64,000 nt of DNA. It comes from Planctomycetota bacterium. Lineage in GTDB: Bacteria; Planctomycetota; Planctomycetia; Pirellulales; Pirellulaceae. Below are positions 1-7,982 of this stretch, piece after piece. The notes beneath the pieces are model-generated. The model worked only from the letters and a program-made list of their open reading frames with translations. It had not been told where the DNA came from and ran no database searches. Each line of letters starts with the position of its first letter. Positions within the stretch are counted from its first letter, which is position 1. Made by a program: the position numbers and the translations under genes. The DNA is taken from positions 6,221-70,220 of the forward strand of contig JBCCOI010000001.1 of NCBI GenBank assembly GCA_039025515.1. Direction: 5' to 3'.

Positions 1-72
1 TCGTTGTGTTCGACGTATGATTCGATCCGTTGCTCGGTGGGAACCTCGTTCTCACCGCGAGGTCCCCGTGTC

Positions 73-1413
73 TCAGCCGGTGACACTAACCGCGCGAGCA
101 TTTGACCGTCGCTTCTTCTGTTTGCTTCCCTTGAACTTGCCACGACCTTGACCGTTACCCGAAAACTTGGAGCGTGCGCCGGACTTTGCGTGAGTACCAG
201 TCGATTTGCGTGAAGTAGTTTTTCGAGAAAACTCAATGGAATCTGGGTTGGAGATGGCGAGTTCCTCGCCGATCAGTTTTTCGATCGCTAGAAGTTTGTC
301 GCGTTCATCCAAAGTGCAGTATGAAACGGCAACTCCCGATGCCCCCGCGCGTCCGGTCCGACCGACTCGATGAACATAGCTTTCAGGTTCCAAGGGCATG
401 TCGTAGTTAATGACATGCGTGACACCGTCGATGTCAATGCCACGTGCCGCAACGTCGGTTGCAACGAGAGCGGAGACTTTGTTGTGGCGGAACGAATGAA
501 GAGCCTTCTCGCGGGCTGCTTGCGACTTATTTCCGTGGATCGCAACTGCCCCTATGCCAACGCGATCCAACTTTCTTGCGAGTGCATTCGCGCCGTGCTT
601 GGTCCGCGTAAACACGATCGTTCGTTCGAATTTTTCATCACGCAACGCATCGCAAATCGTCTTGAACTTCGTGCTACGATCGACGAGTTGAATCGTCTGC
701 TCAATCTTCGCAACGCTTACCGACTTCGGACTGACATCCACTGACACGGGGTTGAACAACAATTGATCAGCGAGTTGCCTGATCTTGGGTGCCAGCGTCG
801 CAGAGAAGAACAAGGACTGACGCTCTTCCGGCAAGTCCGCAATGATCTTTCTCAAAGCGGGTAGAAAGCCCATGTCGAGCATCCGGTCGGCTTCGTCGAG
901 CACGAAGATCTCGACGTTACAAAGCTTCACGTGCTTTTGCTCCATGAGATCCAGCAGTCGGCCCGGTGTGGCGATCAGGATGTCCACTCCACGACGGAGC
1001 GCGGCAACTTGCTTCGCTTGGCCAACACCACCGTAAATCGTTGCTTGCCGAAATCGCATATGCTTTCCGTACTGAGCAAAGTTTTCGCTGATTTGTATCG
1101 CCAATTCACGAGTCGGAGCGAGTACGAGTGTCGTGGGGCGGTGCGGCGTACACTTCGGTCGTTCATTTCCCAAAAAGTCGAGTACCGGCAACGCGAAAGC
1201 CGCGGTCTTTCCGGTTCCCGTTTGGGCACACCCGAGAACGTCGAGTCCCTCGATCGCTGGCGGGATCGTCTTGGCTTGGATGGGTGTCGGTTGTTGGTAA
1301 TTCAATTCGGTTAGGGCTCGTCCCAGCGGGGCGAATAAGTCAAATTTTTTAAAGGACTTCAATGGATCGTTCGATGTTGAAAGTTGGGTGTGTTTGCGGG
1401 GCTTCAACCACAT
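73..1413 (-). CDS. rhlE: DEAD-box ATP-dependent RNA helicase (RhlE-like); true start may be the TTG at 1362
   Basis: Q motif (PTPIQ), AQTGTGKT, PTRELA, TPGRL, DEAD, SAT, ARGID, HRVGRTGRAG, basic C-terminal tail. Confidence 0.93.
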   Translation of the reverse strand: MWLKPRKHTQLSTSNDPLKSFKKFDLFAPLGRALTELNYQQPTPIQAKTIPPAIEGLDVLGCAQTGTGKTAAFALPVLDFLGNERPKCTPHRPTTLVLAPTRELAIQISENFAQYGKHMRFRQATIYGGVGQAKQVAALRRGVDILIATPGRLLDLMEQKHVKLCNVEIFVLDEADRMLDMGFLPALRKIIADLPEERQSLFFSATLAPKIRQLADQLLFNPVSVDVSPKSVSVAKIEQTIQLVDRSTKFKTICDALRDEKFERTIVFTRTKHGANALARKLDRVGIGAVAIHGNKSQAAREKALHSFRHNKVSALVATDVAARGIDIDGVTHVINYDMPLEPESYVHRVGRTGRAGASGVAVSYCTLDERDKLLAIEKLIGEELAISNPDSIEFSRKTTSRKSTGTHAKSGARSKFSGNGQGRGKFKGSKQKKRRSNARAVSVTG

Positions 1414-1944
1414 GCAGCTGATTCAACAGCGGCGGCGATTTACCACGCCCGAAACGAATGAACGCGAACCGTTGACGTTCATCGGGTCAATGGTTCTGAC
1501 AGCCTGCTAAAACCAATCGTTGGCGAGGTTTTTCGCCTGCAGGCTCAATGTCTTGGTGAGACGCGTGATGACAAGAAAGTCACGTGACTGAGTGCGTCGT
1601 CCGTACGACGCTGCGGCAATCCGTAAAAGTCTGGAGACGGTCGGGATGCTGCGATTGGCGATGGTGGCCAACGGCAAATTGTGTGGTTAGTCGCAACCTG
1701 AACGGCTTTCGCCGTCACTCTCATCCGATCGAGACCAATATTAAACCGAAACTTAAGCATGGCTAAAGATTCGACTTCAAGAAAACGTACACGCGCCATA
1801 GCAAATCACCAACGCCAGTTCCCGATAAATCACAAAACGCTTGGCAAGTTACTGAAATCTCTCGTAGGGAGTTCTGCACAGGGGCCGGGAAATCTGTATG
1901 GCCAGCTCACGTGTCGGCGCGGCCAGGGAGCGTCCCTCCGACCG

Positions 1945-1992
1945 TTACGTTCGGGACGTAGAGGTCGCTAGTTCGAATCTAGTCGCCCCGAC
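1945..1992 (+). pseudogene. 3' half of tRNA-Pro(CGG); attachment-site remnant
   Basis: Anticodon arm TACG-TTCGGGA-CGTA, variable loop, T-arm GCTAG-TTCGAAT-CTAGT and acceptor 3' strand CGCCCCG-A are present. The 5' acceptor strand (CGGGGCG) and D-arm are absent upstream. Confidence 0.85.
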
Positions 1993-3463
1993 TATTCTTA
2001 GAAATGAGCCCTTCGGCGAGTACGTCGAAGGGCTTTCTTATTGTGGGGACTAGAGTTACGTCATCGAGCACGCAGTTCAAAAACACGATATCGAGGATCT
2101 GACGTTTTTCCATCACATCGGCTGTAAGCCATTTGTCAGTAAGGCTTTGTGAAAGTTCAAAAATTCTGCTCGCCAAGTCGGCATATTCGTCGTGAGAGCG
2201 GTCGAGAACGTCGAGTTGCAGCTTCATGTTACTGAGGCGATCACGTAGTTCTGTTTGCTTCGCAGCGAACGTTGATTCGTCAATCTCTTCCGCCAATCGC
2301 ATGTTGAGCAGACGGTCCTGCTGGCCGACGATCAGTGTCTCCTGACGCTGAAGTTCGTGCCGCTGGGAGAGTGAATCCAGTTGGGTGTCGCGTGTCTTTG
2401 AAGCGAGCACTGTGCGGAACCACTCCTGCACGCCTTCGTCTTCGATCTTCATCTTCGTGAGAATCGCCATGACCTGAGCGTCAAAGTCTGCTTCGCGAAT
2501 TCGGATGCGGGGATGGTCACCTTTGTTGTAGTACGTGCAGCGGTAATAGATGTATTGCTTCGGTCCGGCCTTGGTCTGCTTCGTCTTGATTTCGCCGGTG
2601 ATTCGATGTCCGCAATGCCCGCATTTGATGCGATCTCCTGCGTAGGTCAGTTCATGTGACTGGTAGACGTGCCCGCCCAGAATGGTCTGTACGCGGTTCC
2701 ACGTTGCTCGGTCAACCAGCGGCTCATGCTTGCCGGGATACCAGTTGCCCTTGTGCTCAATCTCTCCGATGTACGCTCGGTCGCGGAGAATGTTGTGCAG
2801 CGAACTACGGGGAAATTTCGGAGTGGAATCGCGGTAGATCAGCCCCTCGTCGTGCAGTTTTTCAGCGAGTTGGTCGAGCGTCAGTGAATGGAAGGCGAAT
2901 AGCTCAAAGATCCGTTTCACGGTCTTGCCGTTTCGCCGATGGACTTCCACGATGCCCCGACCGTTCTTACGAACGTTCTTGTAGCCGTAGGGAGCGAGAC
3001 CGATGAACCAACCTTCCTGAACACGGCGGGCCAGACCTTCTCGGACATCAACGGACTGCTGCTCAGTGTAAAAACTCGCCATGTTAGCGAGTGTGCGGCG
3101 CATCATGCGTCCGGCGGGGTTGCTGTCTGTGGGTTGAGCTACCGAGATGAATGGAACATTGTATTCGGATTCCAGACGTTCCAGCTCAACGTAGTCGTAG
3201 AGATTTCTCGCGGCTCGGTCGAGTTTGTAGAACAGCAAACCGTCAATTTCCAAGCAGTGCTTCTTTGCGTAACGTACAAGCTCTTTGAAGGTCTTGCGTT
3301 CATCGCTCTTGGATGCAGTTTCAGCGATGCGAAAGAACCGGACAATTTCACCGCCCTGTAATTCCGCGTAGTGCCTGAGTGCGTCTTCCTGTACTTCGAG
3401 TGAGAATCCCTCTCGTTCCTGTTCGCGACTGCTGACGCGAGCTAGGGCGACGAACCGTTTCAT
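1979..3463 (-). CDS. Large serine recombinase (integrase)
   Basis: ARVSSREQ catalytic Ser, LDRAARN, recombinase domain (APYGY...HEPLV), Zn ribbon CGHCG..YYRC, coiled coil; stop codon lies in the tRNA T-arm. Confidence 0.93.
   Translation of the reverse strand: MKRFVALARVSSREQEREGFSLEVQEDALRHYAELQGGEIVRFFRIAETASKSDERKTFKELVRYAKKHCLEIDGLLFYKLDRAARNLYDYVELERLESEYNVPFISVAQPTDSNPAGRMMRRTLANMASFYTEQQSVDVREGLARRVQEGWFIGLAPYGYKNVRKNGRGIVEVHRRNGKTVKRIFELFAFHSLTLDQLAEKLHDEGLIYRDSTPKFPRSSLHNILRDRAYIGEIEHKGNWYPGKHEPLVDRATWNRVQTILGGHVYQSHELTYAGDRIKCGHCGHRITGEIKTKQTKAGPKQYIYYRCTYYNKGDHPRIRIREADFDAQVMAILTKMKIEDEGVQEWFRTVLASKTRDTQLDSLSQRHELQRQETLIVGQQDRLLNMRLAEEIDESTFAAKQTELRDRLSNMKLQLDVLDRSHDEYADLASRIFELSQSLTDKWLTADVMEKRQILDIVFLNCVLDDVTLVPTIRKPFDVLAEGLISKNSRGD
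2007..2040 (+). terminator. Intrinsic terminator-like hairpin downstream of the tRNA 3' end (inside the integrase CDS)
   Basis: AGCCCTTCG-N10-CGAAGGGCT followed by TTCTTATT. Confidence 0.6.
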
Positions 3464-3468
3464 TTGCA

Positions 3469-3678
3469 CTACTCCCGACGAAGACAATCAATGACACCAC
3501 CGACATTGTTGATGATCGCGATGGCATCGTCGCGGGTCAACTGGTTCGGGTAGTACGGTTGCCAGATTTCAATGGTCTTTTTCAGCAGTTCATCCGAAAC
3601 CCAATCCGGCAGGTCGGAACGCGACCTCTGGTCACACTCTTCCGTTCGTCGATTGGTTTTCGAGTTTCGCATCAGCAA
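3469..3678 (-). CDS. Small hypothetical protein directly upstream of the integrase (possible directionality factor)
   Basis: 69-aa ORF tightly packed between MTase and integrase; function inferred from position only. Confidence 0.6.
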   Translation of the reverse strand: MLMRNSKTNRRTEECDQRSRSDLPDWVSDELLKKTIEIWQPYYPNQLTRDDAIAIINNVGGVIDCLRRE

Positions 3679-3700
3679 ATGTCAGATTCGTTGGAGAGGG

Positions 3701-4264
3701 TTAAAAGAGACGACGTTCGACTTGGTTGCCGTAGACGGTCCACTGCGTTCGGGGATGCTCTTCGCGACCGTACAGTTCGAGATACGGCCCCGGACTGACT
3801 CGCTCGATGAGTTCACGCACGGCAAACGGTTTTCGGCTATGGCGGCTTCGTCGATGCAGTAACCAGCTTCGGCAGGTCTTGTCGGCGAACGGCAGGCTGC
3901 CTTTGACACCGAGTAACAGAAATTCGTGTGAGACACGCCAGTAGTTGCCCATGCCGAGTTGCGGCTTGATCCAGACCAAACAGGACTTGAATTGGAATCC
4001 CCATGCGTCCATGACATCGAATGCTTCTCGGAGAAACGCATTCGTCGTCCAGAGGTGCAGGTGAGCGTTATTTGCAACCAACTCGCTAACGGGTTCTGAG
4101 CAGATCGATTCAAGATCCATAGTCGAGTAGTGATTGTCGGCTGCACCGCGAGCCGCTTTGTTTGAATAGGACCAAGGCGGGTCAGCGTAGACCGTGCCAA
4201 ATTTTGACTCGGAAGAGACAAGCTCTTTGAGGCTTTCGACGATACTTGGGAGCCGTTCATTCAT
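3701..4264 (-). CDS. MT-A70 family N6-adenine methyltransferase
   Basis: VYADPPW, HLHLWTTN, WGF..K...VWIK, GMGNYWR..HEFLLLG, HSRKP, LELYGR; start overlaps upstream stop (ATGA). Confidence 0.9.
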   Translation of the reverse strand: MNERLPSIVESLKELVSSESKFGTVYADPPWSYSNKAARGAADNHYSTMDLESICSEPVSELVANNAHLHLWTTNAFLREAFDVMDAWGFQFKSCLVWIKPQLGMGNYWRVSHEFLLLGVKGSLPFADKTCRSWLLHRRSRHSRKPFAVRELIERVSPGPYLELYGREEHPRTQWTVYGNQVERRLF

Positions 4265-4512
4265 TCGGCGGCTTCCATGTCTTGTGTGACTCCACCCTCC
4301 TGTTCGATCATCCACGTGTGTGCTTCATTGAGCAGGAAGCGAACGAACGGGATGTCGTCGCGGCCAAGTCGAGTTGATTCGTGCCACAAGTCACCGTTCC
4401 TATAGAGGCGATGAAGGGAAAGCATGTGGCGAATCGTGTCGCCTGACTTTGCACGACGTATGCGGACTACAAGAAGCCCCTGTCGAATTTCATGTACGAG
4501 TTTCGTTCTCAT
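4261..4512 (-). CDS. Small PC4/whirly-like putative ssDNA-binding protein (copy 1)
   Basis: Pattern HRLYRNGDLWHESTRLGRDDIP, similar to 5704-5961. Confidence 0.6.
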   Translation of the reverse strand: MRTKLVHEIRQGLLVVRIRRAKSGDTIRHMLSLHRLYRNGDLWHESTRLGRDDIPFVRFLLNEAHTWMIEQEGGVTQDMEAAE

Positions 4513-4862
4513 CGGTCGGTGGCTCCATTTGCGTTGTTGGTGGTGGACACTTCGGCAATAGCGTCATCAAGCGTTGTTGCAAGGCGAAACAACAGATTGC
4601 GACTTGCCTCATCCATACAGCCATCGTGAGCCAATTCGGCTGACAAGACGCGAACCAACTTGACCATCGCGCAGAGGTCGTCGGGCGTGAACCACTGATT
4701 CACTCGGCCAGTGCGGTTGTTCAGGCGAGTGATGTTGAAGCGGTAGCCAAAGCCAATCAGTTCATCGCCGATCTTGTAGACCGATGCGGTGAGCTGTTCG
4801 GCTCCAACCATCGTGTATGGCATTCTTGATTTGTCAGGCATCGTGTTGCTGTCGCTTGGCAA
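4509..4862 (-). CDS. Hypothetical protein, divergent PC4-like (copy 2)
   Basis: LTASVYK...FNITR...WFTPDDL resembles IRASVWK...VTITR...SFRRDDL of 5704-5961. Confidence 0.55.
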   Translation of the reverse strand: MPSDSNTMPDKSRMPYTMVGAEQLTASVYKIGDELIGFGYRFNITRLNNRTGRVNQWFTPDDLCAMVKLVRVLSAELAHDGCMDEASRNLLFRLATTLDDAIAEVSTTNNANGATDR

Positions 4863-4912
4863 TGTTGAATTGAAAATGCGTGGAGAGCTGTCACTCTCTC
4901 CACGCGGGTTTG

Positions 4913-5173
4913 CTATTGGTCGTAATCTGGTGCATCAGAGAAGCACTCTGACAATTGATCCTGCACCGAACGCCAACCCGCATCGCGGGCGGCGTCGAGC
5001 AATTCGTCGATAAGCTCAACCGCGTGCTCGTGCGGATACAGCGGGTAGTAACGATTGATAGCGGGTGGATTGCATTTCATGCGTTCCACCTGCTCTTCAT
5101 ACAGGATGTGGATTGCTTCAAGCACATCTTCAGGCAGCAGTCGAACCAATAGTTTTTGGTAAAGTCGTGTCAT
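4913..5173 (-). CDS. Hypothetical protein
   Basis: 86-aa ORF with GGAG RBS, co-oriented in the cluster. Confidence 0.55.
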   Translation of the reverse strand: MTRLYQKLLVRLLPEDVLEAIHILYEEQVERMKCNPPAINRYYPLYPHEHAVELIDELLDAARDAGWRSVQDQLSECFSDAPDYDQ

Positions 5174-5363
5174 AATTCTTCTCCGAAAGGGAAGTTCACG
5201 TGTGACAGAGGGGCGTGAACTCCCCGTTATTCAATTGCCCCTCCCTGACAGTTGCCTGTCAGGGAGAGGTAATGTGGAAAAGTGCCGGGCTGACACGAAC
5301 AGCCCGGCGTTACCGTGGGTAAAACCCATGTCGTTCCCTGAACGACAAAAACCGATTAGCGAC

Positions 5364-5648
5364 TCAGTACTCTTCAGGAAGAAGAATCGTGGTGTAGGAG
5401 CGATCCGCTTCTGTGATAATCCAGAACTTCGTTTTGTCCGAAGCGTGGTAGACCGAGAACAAGCGAAAGCCTCGCGCGAGCGATTCTTCGTTGGTCTTTC
5501 GGTCTTCATCACAAACATCACCCCAGTCACCTTGAGCGTGCCTCAGCAATGCGGTCAGCATTTCGTCTGCCGATATCGCCAAGTGAACACCCTTGGTCAT
5601 CACAATTCTTCCCATTGGAAAGAGTGCTATTTGGTTGACATCTTCCAT
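5364..5648 (-). CDS. Conserved plasmid/ICE-type small hypothetical protein
   Basis: Recognisable RH..GDWG..ED...N..RLFSVY...FWIITEADRS.TTILLPEEY pattern. Confidence 0.75.
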   Translation of the reverse strand: MEDVNQIALFPMGRIVMTKGVHLAISADEMLTALLRHAQGDWGDVCDEDRKTNEESLARGFRLFSVYHASDKTKFWIITEADRSYTTILLPEEY

Positions 5649-5703
5649 GGCGTTTTCATCCGTGAAGCCGGTGGGAACATCCCACCGGCAGATTGATATT
5701 CCG

Positions 5704-5961
5704 TTACTCTTGGCTGGCCTCACGCTTGGCCTTTTCGGCCTGCCTGAGACACCATGAGAACGCCAGTTCCGACGCCTTGGCGACGAACAGCAAGTCGTCA
5801 CGTCGAAACGACGTGGTGTCCTTGTATTCTTCGCCATCACGGTAGGTGCGGGTGATCGTGACGCTGAGCCACGACCCATTGTTCTTTGATTCGTTCTTCC
5901 AAACGGAAGCTCGAATACCGTTGCCTACAGCGAAACGCTTAATCGGTGCGTTATTTGCCAT
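5704..5961 (-). CDS. Small PC4/whirly-like putative ssDNA-binding protein (copy 3)
   Basis: IRASVWKN...SVTITRTYRDGEEYKDTTSFRRDDL; GGAGG RBS. Confidence 0.7.
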   Translation of the reverse strand: MANNAPIKRFAVGNGIRASVWKNESKNNGSWLSVTITRTYRDGEEYKDTTSFRRDDLLFVAKASELAFSWCLRQAEKAKREASQE

Positions 5962-6053
5962 GTTTCCTCCATGTGTGTTATCCACACGTTGTTGATGTAC
6001 CGATGGAGCAGGCCCTCCTGTCTCCACCGGCACGAATTGTTAAATCCGACGCA

Positions 6054-6524
6054 TCATTGCTTCGGATACTGCGTTAGTTCGCTGACGCGAACCCGAACGT
6101 CGTCGAAGTCGTCGAGTCTTTGCCAAGGTCGACTCTTCTTCGGCGTTCTTTTTTTGTTGGGGTACTGCTCAACCTTCACGATGGTGTCCCACGTATGGAA
6201 CACGACCCGTGGAGCATGGATGACCCACAAAAGAGCAACCACGCCTATCAAGGCGATTCGTACTGCAAGTGCGGGAATCCCCAAGGTGAAGCCAAGTGCC
6301 GAACGTAGTTCGACTGGCGTACCTCGCCTGCTTAGTTGAGTGTCTACCTGCGAGAAACCTCGCTTGTAGAACCATCCGAGAATTCTGCACGCATGGCCCG
6401 CCAACACTTCAATGGCGTACAGCAGGTAGCGTGTGAATCTCACGGAATGATCAACAGCGTCCGAGACACCCCAACGCATCTCGGTTGCCATTCCTTTAAG
6501 GCATTCTGTTAATGTCACTTTCAT
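6054..6524 (-). CDS. Hypothetical membrane protein
   Basis: GGAGG RBS; one hydrophobic segment (LGFTLGIPALAVRIALIGVVALLWVI). Confidence 0.6.
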   Translation of the reverse strand: MKVTLTECLKGMATEMRWGVSDAVDHSVRFTRYLLYAIEVLAGHACRILGWFYKRGFSQVDTQLSRRGTPVELRSALGFTLGIPALAVRIALIGVVALLWVIHAPRVVFHTWDTIVKVEQYPNKKRTPKKSRPWQRLDDFDDVRVRVSELTQYPKQ

Positions 6525-6678
6525 GACAATCCTCCGGTTGACGACGCTGGTTCATTCCAGACGTCGCTTGATTGACAAGCACTTGCAGTGCCTGCCAAGC
6601 AATCAGAGTCAGATGCCTGCCCGTTGTTTTTTCTGCTCTCGGGCCGAGAGACGTTTTCAAACCCGCGTGGGGGAGTGA

Positions 6679-7341
6679 TTAGTGTGTTGCGTATGCTCGC
6701 TGTGGGAGGTGTGCGACGATATTAAGCAGTTCCGTAAATGCGACGACGTTCATGTGGACGCCGCTGCCTTCGAGCGGATGAAGTGCCACTGCCAAGCGTC
6801 GTTGTTTGGAATGAGTTGGAACGATCCACGTGAGTTCAAAATCACCGTTATGAATTAGCTCGCGAAATCCATCCTGACGCTCGTATTTGTCGATGCTTCG
6901 CTGAGTTCGAAAGACGATTCGGTTGATCTTCGATTGCCCGGTGTCGACGCGTATATTGCCCAGCCGAGTCGATTGTGATGTCGCATCGACGTAGTGACCC
7001 GCAGGGAGGCCGTGCCGAAACAGTTTTGGAAAGTAGGTCTCCATCTGCGTTTGCGTCACTGGTGACCGAGATTCCGAACCGTGGCAAAACGTCAGGATGC
7101 CCAGTGCGCGTGCCAGTGATGTATCCGAAAGCGGCTTCTGGCTGGCCACTGTCCAATATCGCAATCCGCAAGCGTGGTGCCATTGGCTGATGCGGCCAGT
7201 TCGCTGGAGTAGATCGATCGCGAGCATCGCCCGCTCGCGGTCAGTGACGGGCAAGCATCGGTCAACAGCAAGTGTGTATCGGTCGATGAATTCAAGAATG
7301 AGACGCTGGGGTTTCAGGTTAAGCGTGTTGAGATTTGGCAT
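6679..7341 (-). CDS. Replic_Relax-like protein, type B (copy 2)
   Basis: ILEFIDRY N-terminus, RVDTG, FELTWIV; paralog of 10680-11360. Confidence 0.6.
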   Translation of the reverse strand: MPNLNTLNLKPQRLILEFIDRYTLAVDRCLPVTDRERAMLAIDLLQRTGRISQWHHACGLRYWTVASQKPLSDTSLARALGILTFCHGSESRSPVTQTQMETYFPKLFRHGLPAGHYVDATSQSTRLGNIRVDTGQSKINRIVFRTQRSIDKYERQDGFRELIHNGDFELTWIVPTHSKQRRLAVALHPLEGSGVHMNVVAFTELLNIVAHLPQRAYATH

Positions 7342-7343
7342 GA

Positions 7344-7982
7344 CTACCACAGTTCGTAGGGAAGTTCGGCAGACTGACAGTGCCGATGGAATGATTCGAT
7401 TTGGTCGAGTGAATAGCGACCTGCTGACTCTATGACCCGGGTGACGTTTCCTTCGCCGTCAAACAGAAACGCATCGGGATTTTTGACGCCCCGTTCGGCG
7501 ACGGCGACAGCATCTTCGCCGAGCCACGTGTCCGCGAGTTTTGGTTCGATAGCCCGATAGCGGACATAGACGCCTGCCAACAGCAGGTCGTGGTTTCGGT
7601 GATTCGTTGGTGGCAGGCCACCAGCCGACGAGCCAAAGAGTCGTGCAGCCTTGTGGGTGGCCGCGATGACTGGGGTCGGCGTTGGAGGTTTGCTCCATCT
7701 CTCCAGAACAACTTCAGCGATGCGAACGAAGTCGGGTGTTGCGTGTTGAGGCGTCCAAGATGCCAGCGGTTCCTCGCCGATCGGCGATGCGGGCAGGCTC
7801 CACACATCACCGACGATCAGACCGGCCTCGACTAGCCGCTGGATCACGTCGATAACCGCACCGGAGGAGCCGAACTGGTCAGCCCAGACGCGGTGAACGT
7901 GTGCCAGCGACAAAAGACGCACACGGCATGTGAGCGTTTCCATCAAGTCGTAGATTGGTGTTGTCCAAGTTCGTTGAATCAT
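7344..7982 (-). CDS. Replic_Relax/MOBC-like relaxase-type protein, type A (copy 2)
   Basis: wHTH-like N-terminus, NHDL, WLGE, PDAF, IESAGRY, LPYELW; paralog of 11369-12004. Confidence 0.7.
   Translation of the reverse strand: MIQRTWTTPIYDLMETLTCRVRLLSLAHVHRVWADQFGSSGAVIDVIQRLVEAGLIVGDVWSLPASPIGEEPLASWTPQHATPDFVRIAEVVLERWSKPPTPTPVIAATHKAARLFGSSAGGLPPTNHRNHDLLLAGVYVRYRAIEPKLADTWLGEDAVAVAERGVKNPDAFLFDGEGNVTRVIESAGRYSLDQIESFHRHCQSAELPYELW

Noticed and set aside
1916-1992. Intact tRNA-Pro gene
   Set aside because: No 5' acceptor strand or D-arm in the preceding ~500 nt; only the 3' half is present
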